From Antedon mediterranea (taxonomy: Eukaryota > Animalia > Echinodermata): 64,000 bases of DNA. Where the stretch lies: positions 21,920,912 through 21,984,911 of the forward strand of contig NC_092675.1 of the NCBI RefSeq assembly GCF_964355755.1. The letters are read 5' to 3'. The notes below the pieces were generated by a model. The model was not told the origin of the DNA. It saw only the letters and a program-made list of their open reading frames with translations, and searched no databases. The position numbers and the translations under genes were made by a program. Shown one piece after another: positions 13,316 through 25,560 of the stretch. How positions within the stretch are numbered: position 1 is the stretch's first letter; each line of letters opens with the position of its first letter.

Positions 13316-14191
13316 GGCCCCGTTTCTGCTGCCAAAAATATACCGTATATATACGGTATATTTTATATACGGTATATTTTTTGGCAGCAGAAATGGGTCT
13401 CATAAAAAATATACCGTATATATATGCGGTATATATACCGCATAAATATCCCCATCGTTTGTGGATATACGGTATATTCCAAAATATACCGTATATTTCG
13501 TACCCCGTTTCTGCTGCACTCAAAATATACCGTATATGTGACCCGGCCCATGACACGAGGTCAAAAACTAACAGAGCGTGATGCGTTTGTTTGGTTTTTT
13601 TGCTGCATTGACACACACGTGTATAATAAGCAAGCAACAGATCAAAATATCACTGTGGACTGAAGAAATAACTATTTTTGCAATTCAATTGTGGGGAGAA
13701 GCGAAGGTTGGGGGGGGGGGGGAGACTACATGGCAACAGAAGAGATACCGAGATTTACAAAAGTATCTCAAACAAAATAAAAGCAGAATTTGTGGTAGAC
13801 TTAATAACGCCAAATATCGGCAAACGCCGTCGTCTTCTTTGCATAAAGTAGTCAATGCCCATTCTACATTTCTAGATTGTTTGTGCGATGTAAATTCGTT
13901 GCCACTTCTGATCATTAGATTTAAAATAGAAAGCAATGCTAAGACGGTTTGAGAAACCATCATTGTTTTTGTTTTTGTCATGTAACCTCACTACACGAGA
14001 CTCCAGGTCAATCCATACTTCCGTCTCACAAAATGCATTTTGGGTATATGAAAGCCAACTTTTTTTACAGCCCACCCATGAAGTATGTGCAGCGGAAAAC
14101 GGTGCACGAATTTCATATACGGTATTATATACGGTATATTTATACGGTATATTTATACGGTATATTTGGGATTGGCAGCAGAAACAGGGCC
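13316..14191. mobile_element. PIF/Harbinger-like MITE, 876 bp, with palindromic ataccgtata arrays
   Basis: TIR ggccccgtttctgctgccaa / ttggcagcagaaacagggcc, 3-bp ATA duplication on both sides, internal TIR copies near 13381, 13503 and 14088. Confidence 0.85.
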
Positions 14192-14467
14192 ATACAAAAC
14201 ACAAATTGGGTTTCTTTAAATGAGTCCAAATCAAAAATTTGGACTCATTTTGTGAAAAGTTTCTCCTTCGGAAGTAATTCCCAGGGTGCTAATTTTAGTT
14301 GACTACATAAATCATCGTGTCTATTTATTCGTTTCTGTAAACGACAATGTATTATAGTCCTGCGGTACGTACATTTGAAATCGCCAGTTTTGTTACGCTG
14401 AAATTACTGTATATTCGAGAACCATCTGTGGGCACGACCTAGTTAAGTATAATTTTGGTTGATTAAT

Positions 14468-14827
14468 TGATACAGCTTTACCACGTTGAAACACCGGTTC
14501 TCGTCAGATCACCGAAGTTAAGCAACGTTGGGCCTGGTCAGAGCTTGGGTGGGAGACCATCTGGGAATATCGGGTGCTGTCTATGGAGCTGGTGTCACGT
14601 TAGGCATTTGAAATCTTATGGCAGCCCCTGTATCTAGTATCTGCCTCAGGCGTTTGTCCCATGCCTTTCCTCTGGTCAAGGTGGGCACTGGACGAGTGAA
14701 GCCCTTGATCAATGTTAGGACCAATCAAGGTGCTTTAATCAGTCCTGTCTTTGTTTGTATCAAACTTGTTAGTGGTGGTAATTATTGCTGTTGGTTTCCA
14801 TTGAATAAAATAAAAAATAAAATAAAA
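14468..14827 (+). mobile_element. 5S rRNA-derived SINE with a different body and (aataa)n tail
   Basis: 5S-like sequence 14468-14580 continues with no terminator into a unique body of about 220 bp ending in aataaaataaaaaataaaataaaa. Confidence 0.75.
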
Positions 14828-17800
14828 TGTACATGATTATTCATTTATTCAAGTATATGTTTATTTTTACCTTTTTCTGAGGTTGGAGTAGACTTAATCA
14901 TCAATTTGATCCCGATCGAAAGATTTTTAAAAAGTGTGACTTCTGGCCACCTAGATGAAACAATAACATTGAAGAATGTGATTATGATTTATTTACGAAT
15001 CAAGAAATAATTTTGATAATATATTCAACAGAAAATATGGATGGTTTAAATACCATACAAAAGCCACTGATAAAGTCTAGAGAAAACTGATTGAGTTTAA
15101 AATGGCCGATTAGTATGGAAAAAAATGTTAAAACAAGCAAAATAATTCTTCCTGTAGTCAAGGCATAATTTATTACTCAGGTTTTTAAAGTTCTTGTGCT
15201 TTATTATTAGTGACCATCTGCTAGTTCTGGTTACATCATAATCACAATCATTATAGACTCATTATCCAACCAATCAGATTGCTCGAGTACACACCAGAGA
15301 AATCTAGGATTGTTGAATTCTATTCATTTCATTCTAGTCAACTGCCGTGTGAACACAGGAATTTCCTTTGGGATTTTTTTATGATGACTATTCTAACTAG
15401 TATCAGGATATTTCCTGGCGTTTAGTAGGCATTGTTTTGTGGAAGTTTAAGCAGACTGTTTGCAGGCTGCGTCTGGATATATTCTGTGTTTAGCCTATGC
15501 TATGACTGTATGTTTTGGGTAGTTCAAGGTAAGGTAATGCTAGTTACTGTAACATTATTTATAAATTCTACAAAGCATTTGTTTTATTCTATGCGTTTGG
15601 TTTGCTTATGATTATAACTCAACATTAACTAGTTGGTTAAATATTAATTTTATAAACCTGACAAGCTACATTGAGATAGGAACATACATTGAATGTCCCA
15701 GTGTTCTATAATCATAGGGCGTCTGCATATAACTCAATCAAATCAAACAATCAAATTGTCTAATCTTTTAATACATATTTATAACACAATTGACTACTGT
15801 ATAATGTGTTTTGTAAATTTACTCATATATTACTAGTAAACAAAATTACATTATTACAGTGTTTGAAATATAAATTCATTTGTTTACTGAGTTATAAGGT
15901 AAAGAGACATTGATATGATTAAAAGTAAACATTCACAAATTAAACTAGAATTAAATAGATATATTTTTCCAGAATAAAATAAATGGTTTTTTTCTACCAT
16001 TCTAAGTCTGTGAAAACATCACAAAGTCGCACTAGTGGTTAACATGCTTTTTATCAATCCAAAAGTCCTGCATTCAAATCTTGCGTATTTATGACTTGTT
16101 ATGGTTTTACTATTTAGGTTGTATTTGGCATTGAATGGTATTGAATATGCATTAAATGAATTTTTAAATAAATTTTAATTTTAAAAATTAACATTCCTAC
16201 TTGTCTAGAAGTATGGGTTTATTTTTTATCCTGTCCTATCTATTAATACCATGTGAAAAAAAATGATAGTAATAGTTTAAGAAATTAAAAAAACAAAATG
16301 TTCTATTTCTCTGTCTGACCTGGATGTATGTCACGTTTCCATGTGACATTTATAAAGTGTTCTTGTTTTTTTATCTTGATGTGTTTCCCCCTCCCTTATC
16401 TTCATCTAACCCCACGTTATCAGGCTTCCGCACACACATACACTGTACAAACACCTTACTATCTGACTCACAAATTGTAGTTCATGATGTCAATACTAAG
16501 ACATGATTAAAGAATTTGATTTAGATCTCAATTTACCACCTTTTTTCATGATTTATTCACTATTTTTTTTATTAAAAGATAAGTAAAAAAATGTAAAATT
16601 GGATATACTGTAGTAAACCATATTGTCTTGCTAATATCAAAGAACATACCGTACAACATAGTTATATGCTAGTTGCTACATTTATAAAGATCAGAGATAG
16701 CTAATAATAATTTTCTGCCAGCCAAAATACCAGTTGATTTCTTTTCATGTATTATACATATTTGTATTGTAAGGGCCATCATGAGACAACCTTTTGCTTC
16801 TAGTGCGAGGCCCCAGTCATTATTTGTTATAACTGAATAAATGTGTATGACTGAATCAACTATATCCACAGAGAGTTGGCAGCATACCCATGTCAATGGA
16901 GAGGCTATGGATTACGCCCCAATCTGCCATTTACTCTTCAAGTAATTAACTGTCAAAATACCGGATTACTGAAAAAAATGTCTTGATTTATTCATGTTGA
17001 CGCCTTTTGATAATATACAGCACTTTAATTTTCTGCCAGCCAAAAGTTAAAATTTTATCTGTATCTGTCTGCTTTTTGTTTGATTTTAATAAATTATCTA
17101 AAATGACAGTATGATCAATTTAAATTTGTATTGGATAAATTAGCAGAAACCGAAAGTAAAATTATAAACATTTTTTTCCCATAATATATTTATAGGAAAT
17201 CAACAAAAAGTACACCATGTCAACATTTTTTTCTTCATATATTTATGCCTAACCAATCAAAAATTTGAATAACTTAAGAAAGTAAAGTATTCAATTACGA
17301 TTATAATCTAAATTTAGTCAGCTAGATTAGTTTTTAAGGATATATATGGTAATATAATATACAATATAATTTTCCTATGCTTCAACATTTTTTTTAAAAG
17401 AATTATTACTTTATTGACCCTTGACATTTTTGTATGCAAAAAACAGATTTTTTGATATTCATAGTTTATATGAAATTTCAGCTGCAAATTCATTCATATC
17501 ATATAGCAAGAGATCAAAGTAAAACAGTGGTGGAACTAGAAGATTCTTGGGAAAGTAAGGTGGCAGTTTTAGTAGGGTCATATAGAACCTTTGTGGCGAT
17601 AGGTAAAAGTTATCAATAAGTTTAGGCTAGATGACCCTACCAAATAACTTTCCAAACACTTTTCGAAACACAACTACTACTACATTGTATATTTATGTGG
17701 TGATATTTTTCAATTGACTGGAGAGTTTCACTATTTTATATTAGAATAACAATCTATAAATACTTTTTTTTCTTGCAGGGAAAACAACTAACCAAACAAT

Positions 17801-19680
17801 AAACTACAGTTCCATAATTTGTACTGGTATGTATACTTCACCATTATAGTTAATGTTTCATACAGTGTAACGTCATTTGTTATTAGACATATTAGACTAG
17901 ATAGGCTAGTAGAAAACTCAGTCTTACCACCATGGATATTTATAGTAAACATATTCTAACACCAACATCTACATTTAAGTTGGGGCTAAACAGGCTTTAG
18001 CGCAACCCCCCCCCCCCCCCCCTAATATTTAAAAGCCATGTCTTTTTAAAATAAAATAATGAATATTTTTTTTTTTTGCAACCCAACATATCATTTTTAT
18101 AATTTATGAAATATTTAGAAAGCTCCTATTGGCAAAATGACCACTAAACATAAATTTGGCTAGCCCATTATGTACACCTGGCTAAGTGTTAAAACTTAGT
18201 CCAAAACCAATGCCTACATAGAATATACACTGTATGCAGAATAGAATTTCTTTATTTCTGTGACTGTGGTCGGAAAATAGCTCATTACGCATTGTTTAAT
18301 TCTTCATCTTGCTACTAGTCCTGGTCCAACACCGATGTCTTATATAGAATATATGCAGAGTAGAATTTATTGTTTTCTGTGACTGATTATGTGGAATAGA
18401 GAGCTCTTGTTGGCAATTAATGACCACTTAAGATAAACATAAAGTAAACGTGATCTGCTTGAAATATTTGCACATGTCTCAATCTATTAGGTGGTTGCTA
18501 GGCTATGTATATCAGATATAATTATTGTAAAGTGCAAATGAATGAAAAGGAGTGAGGTGTTTATATCATTGTTTTACCATTAGTTTAATCTATTTTATTT
18601 GTACCTGGCATTAATCTCTGTGTCTGGGGGTAAAAGCAGGAGGAGGGAAGAGAGTGTATGTATTATTTGATTTGTCTTAATACATCACAATCAAATATTA
18701 GTGTGATCAACTATCAGCATAATCCAGCGTGATCAGTAATAAAGTGGTAACCAGCCATCATAATTGACCAAATTCAGTGTTCATAATTTCAGGTTGTAAA
18801 GGTTGTACATGTCACGGGAGAATAATACATTTTACAGAAAGCTTATAAATGAATTAATATTTTTGATATATATGTTTTTTCTCTGTTTTTAATATGGATG
18901 CATTTATTTCATGCCTCTTTATTTGACTTTGTATATTCCTGACCAAGTATAATTTCGTTTTGACATTTTTTTTCCAAGATTTCATTTTTAATCAGTGCAT
19001 AATCTATAATTCGTCAAATGAAAGTAACAAATTACTTCTAGTGTATGTATTTGTCAACGGCGCAGGTCCGTTTCAAAAGGTGAGGGGGACAAGTAAAAAA
19101 TTAGGGACAGTTTGTGAGCAATTTTAGTTCGTTTCAATCGATTTTAATTTTAACTGTTCCGATTTCGGCAGGATTGTTCTGCTTTTTTATGTTGTATCCC
19201 ATTGTCTCCCAACTCTGAATTGGCCTGCGTTTTGTTATTAAAAACCTTAGTAAATCTTCAGTTTTATGGCATTAATTAACTTTATGTTGTGGTATGAAAA
19301 CACATACATCCAAAGAGAATCTGCTGAAGTGTAAATGTAACTCAATGTCAGACAGCAATTTTTACTGTACATTGGTATGGTTGCTTGTGCGGTATCTAAA
19401 TCCTAGATGTCCCCCTGCCCCCTCATACTGTATTCCCCTCCCCCATCCCCTCAGCTGTTGGTATTTGTTGTCATTGTCATGGTAAGTGAAGCCTTAGCAT
19501 TTATTTGATCAGATTCAACCTCTAAGGTTTGCTTTGATTAGTGCAACAGAACAATTGACACAAAACTACGAAACTTTGAATCACTACTAGAACATTATCT
19601 TTTAAATTGTCATTCTGATTTACACAGCATGAATCATTTGTCTACAAAAAAACTATAATATAATAACATAATTATTAATA

Positions 19681-19860
19681 TATAAATCCAAAGGCAAATT
19701 ACTGAAAAATGACAATGCTGTGGGTGTCAGTGGCTGGATCTCAATGAAGATACAAACAAAAGCAAAAAGCTAAATCAAAACAATGAAGTAAAGCAGCCAG
19801 AAAAGTTAGCAGAGCGTTCGGGCAACACTAGCCCTTCATCAGTGCAAGTGAAGGAATTTG
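19681..19860 (-). mobile_element. Penelope-like/retrozyme terminal-repeat relic containing the hammerhead
   Basis: Homologous to 3393-3547 in the opposite orientation (cagcattgtcattt...cagtaattt.cctttgga). Minimal hammerheads in metazoan repeats typically mark Penelope-like elements. Confidence 0.55.
19806..19850 (-). ncRNA. Minimal type I hammerhead ribozyme motif (variant or degenerate)
   Basis: The - strand reads cacttgca-CTGATGA-a-GGGC-tagtgtt-GCCC-GAA-c-gc-TC-tgc: core boxes, a 4-bp stem II and gca/tgc stem I. GAAC replaces canonical GAAA. Confidence 0.65.
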
Positions 19861-20409
19861 GATAACGTCATAGTATTATTATATATATATATATATTGCC
19901 ATAAGAGTTCAATTAATAAACGGAATTTCAACAGTATTTCCCTCATGTGGGATTACCTTATAATCATTATTGAATGACTACATGTGGTATAAAAGTAATA
20001 TTAACAGATATACCGGTAAAGGAGTAAAAAATTTAATACGCGATCAATAATTCATATAATAATAAATTCATATAGGCCTCATAACACAACCAAATATGAT
20101 GGAAACATGTTTTAAAAGATATTACTAAAATCAATTCATTGTTCTATAACCACACATAAAAGTTAAAAACAGGTGCATTCCATAGTCATATATTCAGGAC
20201 CAAAATAACATTTTAAGAAAATCCAATCAAATGTTGATATAAAGTTTGTGGTACACCACGTATATTAGTTCTAAAAAGAACTGTTGAGTTTCTCGACGTT
20301 TCAATAAATGTGCTTTGAGACAGTAAACCAAACACTTAGTGTCCGAAGCCACCCTTGACAGATCCCGGCTACGGCCCTGGTATAGTACTTTTCAATTGGA
20401 AGAGGTCAC

Positions 20410-21363
20410 CTAAAGTTTGTTTATGTTTTCTTCTTGTTTTCGTCTGACTGATGAAATCTTCCTGCTCAATTTGGAGTAATTTTTATTATGTTTTCTATGT
20501 GAAAAAAATAGAAAAAATATTAGAAGTACAAATAAACAAAATAAGCCTACGCTTATAATAATGTATAATGTATTCACATGTTGTTTAGGATTGTTTTTCA
20601 GTTGTAGGTTTACAGGCATAGATGTTAGATATCCTGGTGATGTCACAACTGTCTCTTTCAAAGTGTCATTTATGACACAAAGTGGTTTGCTTTCAGAATA
20701 TCTCGGAGCAACTTCATCTGGTACAGTTAGGCCACAAACATAGCGAGAGCCATTTGTATGGATAGATGCCGTTTCTGATTTTTCAATCCAAATGTGTGTG
20801 TTGTTTGATATAATAGGCCAATTGTCATTTGAAGGATTCAATTGTGATATTGCTTCCCACTGTAAATCTGGTTCAGGGTTCGTCTTTTCACTCAAACAGA
20901 TCGCGATGACAGGTTCTCCAATGTTGTAAGCTGACTTTTTAAATCTCACAATTGAATATTCTTCTGATGGTATTTCATGCACGGTAAGCTTCCCAGTTCT
21001 GGAAGTAAGCAGGACATTGCCATTGTATTTCAGATAGCAACGGTAATCTCCTCCATCTTCTCTCTTCAATGCATTAATTCTCAAATAATGTTTATCTATG
21101 TCATATTGATTGTTGATAGTAATACGTTTCAAATCAAATCCATTTCTTTGGTCGCTGATAATGTAAAAATCTTTGTTCCAGATGACATCATATTTAAGCT
21201 TCATGTCTTCTTGGATATCACTAAAGATACAAGTGATGTATGCTTCTCTTCCTTCTACTGCTGCATCATCCATTGGTTCATAAACAAACCTTACCGCAAT
21301 AGTTGTCTGGCAGAATAATATAATGATAAGGATGACAGTGTACTTGCATATATGTTTGTTCAT
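20410..21363 (-). CDS. Type I membrane protein with signal peptide, V-set-like Ig domain, C2-set-like Ig domain, transmembrane helix and short basic tail (317 aa), single coding exon
   Basis: MNKHICKYTVILIIILFCQTTIA signal peptide; Ig1 ITC...IWNKD...LRINALKREDGGDYRC; Ig2 AIC...PEPDLQW...YVC; TM LYIIISVGLFCLFVLLIFFLFF. A splice acceptor (ttttcattttcag on - strand, ending at 21396) favours ATG 21363 over 21420. Confidence 0.85.
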   Translation of the reverse strand: MNKHICKYTVILIIILFCQTTIAVRFVYEPMDDAAVEGREAYITCIFSDIQEDMKLKYDVIWNKDFYIISDQRNGFDLKRITINNQYDIDKHYLRINALKREDGGDYRCYLKYNGNVLLTSRTGKLTVHEIPSEEYSIVRFKKSAYNIGEPVIAICLSEKTNPEPDLQWEAISQLNPSNDNWPIISNNTHIWIEKSETASIHTNGSRYVCGLTVPDEVAPRYSESKPLCVINDTLKETVVTSPGYLTSMPVNLQLKNNPKQHVNTLYIIISVGLFCLFVLLIFFLFFSHRKHNKNYSKLSRKISSVRRKQEENINKL

Positions 21364-21960
21364 TGTTGCTTCTGTGTTCAGATAATTACTATAACCTGAA
21401 AATGAAAATTGTTTATACATTAGAAATGCAAAGCAAACAATGTTATTAACAATGTTCCACTACAACTTCAGTATGAATATATACTATACTTTCCTAACGA
21501 TGACTTACTTTCAATGTCAATGAATATCGTAAAGCATGGTTATCTTTTGTGAATGTTGTTTCTGGATATTATTTGCTACCAACATTATTTCTCCCCTCTC
21601 CCTTTTAAAAAATGCAAGTGCAAATGTAATCTGGAAAAGTTAAAGATGTACAATTGTGAATATGAAAAATTAGCACATACAGTACCTTTAAATTTGATAA
21701 TCAATGCATTTGACTCTTTGCAACAACAAAATGTAACCAACTCAAAGTTGTACTCAAATGATACGATTTATTATGATCAGTCACTTTTATTCAGCACGAT
21801 TACTTCCCTCATAAAGTACAATGATTATCATTTTAAGATAAAACACACTTGTTAATGCTATGGTATCATCGTATTATTTGAACAAAATTATGTAAAATAA
21901 ATACAAATTTAGCTATCAAGCTAATTGTATTTACCAACTGAAACTTAGATTGTGACACTA

Positions 21961-22710
21961 TATTATTATTATTATTATTATTATTTATTGCCAAAAACCA
22001 GTTACAAACAAACAAAACACAGAAACTAAGGGAGTAGGCAGGAACCTAAAAGTGAACCTAATCACTATAACAAGAGTTCAGGTTCCGTACTCCCAAAGTA
22101 ACAACAATGATATAAAATAAACTATATAAAAATATTTAAAAAACAAATAGACGAATCAACAGTGTCAATATAAAATAAACGGATAAAATACATAATAGTC
22201 GATTCAACAAAGTCAATATAAAACATGTGATTTAAGTGAATTTAAAAATATTTGAAAACTGTCTAAAATTAAAGAATTTTTAATCATTTCCGGTAATTCT
22301 TCCCACAACCTAGAGAATATATTAATAGCGGAATGATGAAGACAATTGGTTCGAGCATAGTGATGAATGAACTTAAGTGTATCAAGGTGACGGCCATTAA
22401 CGACTAAAGATTGACGAACACTACTACAATCAACCGTTCCAATAAGTGATTTACAAACAAAGGATAACAGAAGATAATTTCTTCGATTAGATAGTGTAGG
22501 CCAATTTAGCTTAGTGAGACGTTCCTCGTATTCCATTTCACCTCTTGTTTGTTTAAGGACAAGCCTAGTAGCCCTTCGCTGGACTGCCTCGATACGTTCT
22601 GTAAGTTTTTTGGTTCGAGGCAACCACGCTGGGACACCATATTCAAGGATGGGGACAATGAGAGCTTTATAGAGTGAGAAAATAGCTGAAGGGGATGATC
22701 CTCCTGCAAT
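21961..22710 (-). mobile_element. 5'-truncated non-LTR retrotransposon (CR1/L2 group): ORF2 C-terminus, 3' UTR and (TAA)n tail
   Basis: LYKALIVPILEYGVPAW.P...IEAVQRRATRLV...YEERLTKLNWPTLSNRR motif; 3' UTR stem-loop gggagta...tactccc; microsatellite tail at 21961-21985. Confidence 0.9.
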
Positions 22711-22754
22711 ACTAGTAATTAATTATTATTTATTAATTATTATTAATTAACCAC

Positions 22755-23267
22755 TTTTGGTGGGATGATTCGGCCCACTTTTGGGCCAAAACATCACACT
22801 TTGTGGGCCGAAATGTCTCACTTTAGACCAAATTCATATTCTTTTTTTTTGGTATTTATTAAGTTTTCAAAGGTGTTTAACAATCCGTATTTTATTGATA
22901 TTGACAATATTGATATAATATATATAATAAATTACTAAAAAAGGTAATTTTATATTCAATTTATTACTTCGAAAACCTTGTTTATTTCGTGCATTCGCCA
23001 AGCGGCCAACAGAGGGCTAACTTGTTTACATCGTTCGTGTGACTAAAAAATGATCACTTTCGACAATGTTTTCAAAAGGTTTGCTTTATTGCATCTTTAT
23101 TCTAGTAGTACTACCCAATAGTCTCTCTGAAAATAAAGTTTGGGGAAAAAAGCTTATTTTATGCTTATAAAATGCATATCAAATCCGGTAAATTTAAGTG
23201 TGCCGAATCGTGCCGGCCCAAATCGTCCCCGGGCCGAATCGTCTCAGGGTCGAATTGTCCCGTTACC
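22755..23267. mobile_element. Partial non-autonomous DNA transposon with subterminal repeats of about 15 bp (gggccgaatcgtc)
   Basis: Four tandem units at 23200-23260 ending in ccgttacc, similar units at 22755-22820, CpG-rich interior; the other end is not found. Confidence 0.6.
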
Positions 23268-25364
23268 GTGCTTTACACTCCAGAGTGGGCTTATGTCTGC
23301 ATCAGTGCAAATATATTTAATGACACCACCGTAATTATGACATTGTTGATTACTATTCATTTTGTATACTATTCTAAAATATATATACTGTATACATTAT
23401 TCAATGATGAATTGGTTATTGCAAGGTCATTGTATCCATAAATATTAGGCCTATACAGTTTAAGATATGTACTGTATATGAGCAATTATCCTTTTTTGTC
23501 TACATCTGCCATATGGCATTTACTATTGTGAAGGTATAGTAATTAGCATTTGACTGTAGTAAGCGATTATAACTCTGAAGATAATAGGTATTTTTTTAAA
23601 ATAATTAATGTCTATATAGTGTCAAAATTAATTTTATATGGAATAATTTGGACACATAAAATAAATCTTTAATTACAAACTTACATAATGTTTTTTTATA
23701 AAGTGGTTATGAGCGCTCACTGGCTAAACCCAGGGGTCCTATAACTTTTGGGGCCACTGAGCAGGGCTTAGAGGAAAAAGCCAGGCATTAAAATATGTTG
23801 AAAAAGCTGTAGCTGTACCATTTGGACCACTTAGGATCCCTAAACCATGGGCCTGAGGCCTCTGCGTTACGCCACTGTTTCTATGTCCAGTATAGTAGGG
23901 TACACTTTTCTATGCCAGGCTTACTTTGCATAACCAAGTAGCTGGATGTAATGCATACTTACGATGAACCTATTCTATGCTGTCTCTCATCATTACGTTA
24001 CATATGAAGCGACCTTTACGTAGCACTAGAACTTGTTTTTATTGACTGTTAACATCAGCTTTAATTAGGCAGGTTTATATATAATTATATAAGTATTTAC
24101 TGTTCATATTGTTAATCCATGATTATTAATCCATGATTATTTTTGTCTTTAGTCAATCGTGTATTACATACTACACAAATTACATTGTGACTATATTATA
24201 TTTGGACTGATAAATAACTATACAGTAAATAAAACCATGTTTTTACTCTACTATTGTCTAACGTTTCTGCATAGAATACCACAAGACGAGATTACTAAAG
24301 CATAGATTAACACCTGGTTGTAATCCACGATTATACGATTATATCTCTACCAAGTATAGATTATTTAATCTAGAATAATCACTTGTTATAAAGTCAATTA
24401 GTTATTCACTATCTACTATTTGTATCTATTATGTTGTGCTTTGGTAAATTCCACAGAATTTTGTCATTAATAATTACAGTTGAACTTGTAGCTTATCTAT
24501 GGTAGCCACCGCACTATTCATAGTGGATTTTAATTTTAAATAAGTCTTGGATTATGATATACTTTATTTTAACCCTGACAAATTAAAATCAATGCCATAT
24601 CTTTTTTTTTATTTTTAAAACATACTTGTGATGTATATAATCGGATATGTTTCATATGTGTATTTTATTTACTCTTATATAAACATGATTTTTTTTTCTC
24701 CTTGACAAAAAATCCAGGTGCATCTAAACATGAACTCTATAAAAATGCTCAATAAAACCAACATGAATTCATCTTCGAAAATGTTTTCATCTGGTTGTTA
24801 TAATAACTCTGTATATAATTCTTTACATTAAACCGTACATATTCATGAATGGTTTAACATAAGAATGATACAACATTAATTCATTTACATTTAGTCTTGA
24901 CCTGTTTCTTCTGCTAACAAACAAGAAATTTTGTTGAGTGAACATTTTTTCTGACATTCCTTCATAGAAGCAGTTGTGTTAATCTTCAAATATTAAAGCA
25001 ACCCGTACTCTTTGCATTTTATACTTTAGCTATTAAATTTCATTGAGCTATTAATTATTTACTTTGTATTGTATATACAGTACATTTTAATAGGAACAGT
25101 TCACCTAAATGATGGAATAACAATTTTAGTTAAATTCACCTGTTATATACTAAAACATATCTGCAGATAGTCATGTGTGTTGCAGAAAGGGGAAATATTT
25201 TTAATTGTGTAAAAATAATTAATACTGGAGCCAGTAATATAATGAAATTACTAGAATATTTGCACTATTACTTCTATAACTGATTGTTCAAAAGTTAATC
25301 AATATATACAGTTTTTAACAGACCGACTTTAAACTAGACTATGCACCTATTGTTTAAATGTTAA

Positions 25365-25560
25365 TTGTATTTATTCTGGTCCTCAAGCTTAACTGGAAAC
25401 TGAGGAAATTCAGATTAGGCCCCACGCGGACTGACGAAAAGTCATTCTGTGCATGCTTAGAAGCATAGGCACATTCACAGAATGACTTTTGAGCTGCATA
25501 GTCACTTTCCGCCTTATGAAATACCCAACCCAAATTAGCCCTACCACAGTTAGCATGGTC
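25365..25560 (-). mobile_element. SINE/LINE 3' fragment sharing its tail with the 2997-3337 SINE
   Basis: The - strand gtccgcgtggggcctaatctgaatttcctca...tgaggac...aatacaa matches 3267-3330; 15-bp hairpin stem aaaagtcattctgtg / cacagaatgactttt. Confidence 0.65.

Noticed and set aside
13261-14302. Dense cluster of overlapping ORFs on both strands
   Set aside because: A by-product of palindromic, stop-poor MITE sequence (YTVY/IYRI repeats); no transposase motifs.
21364-21420. N-terminal extension of the Ig ORF starting at 21420
   Set aside because: It crosses a splice acceptor at 21396, and the signal peptide begins at the Met at 21363.
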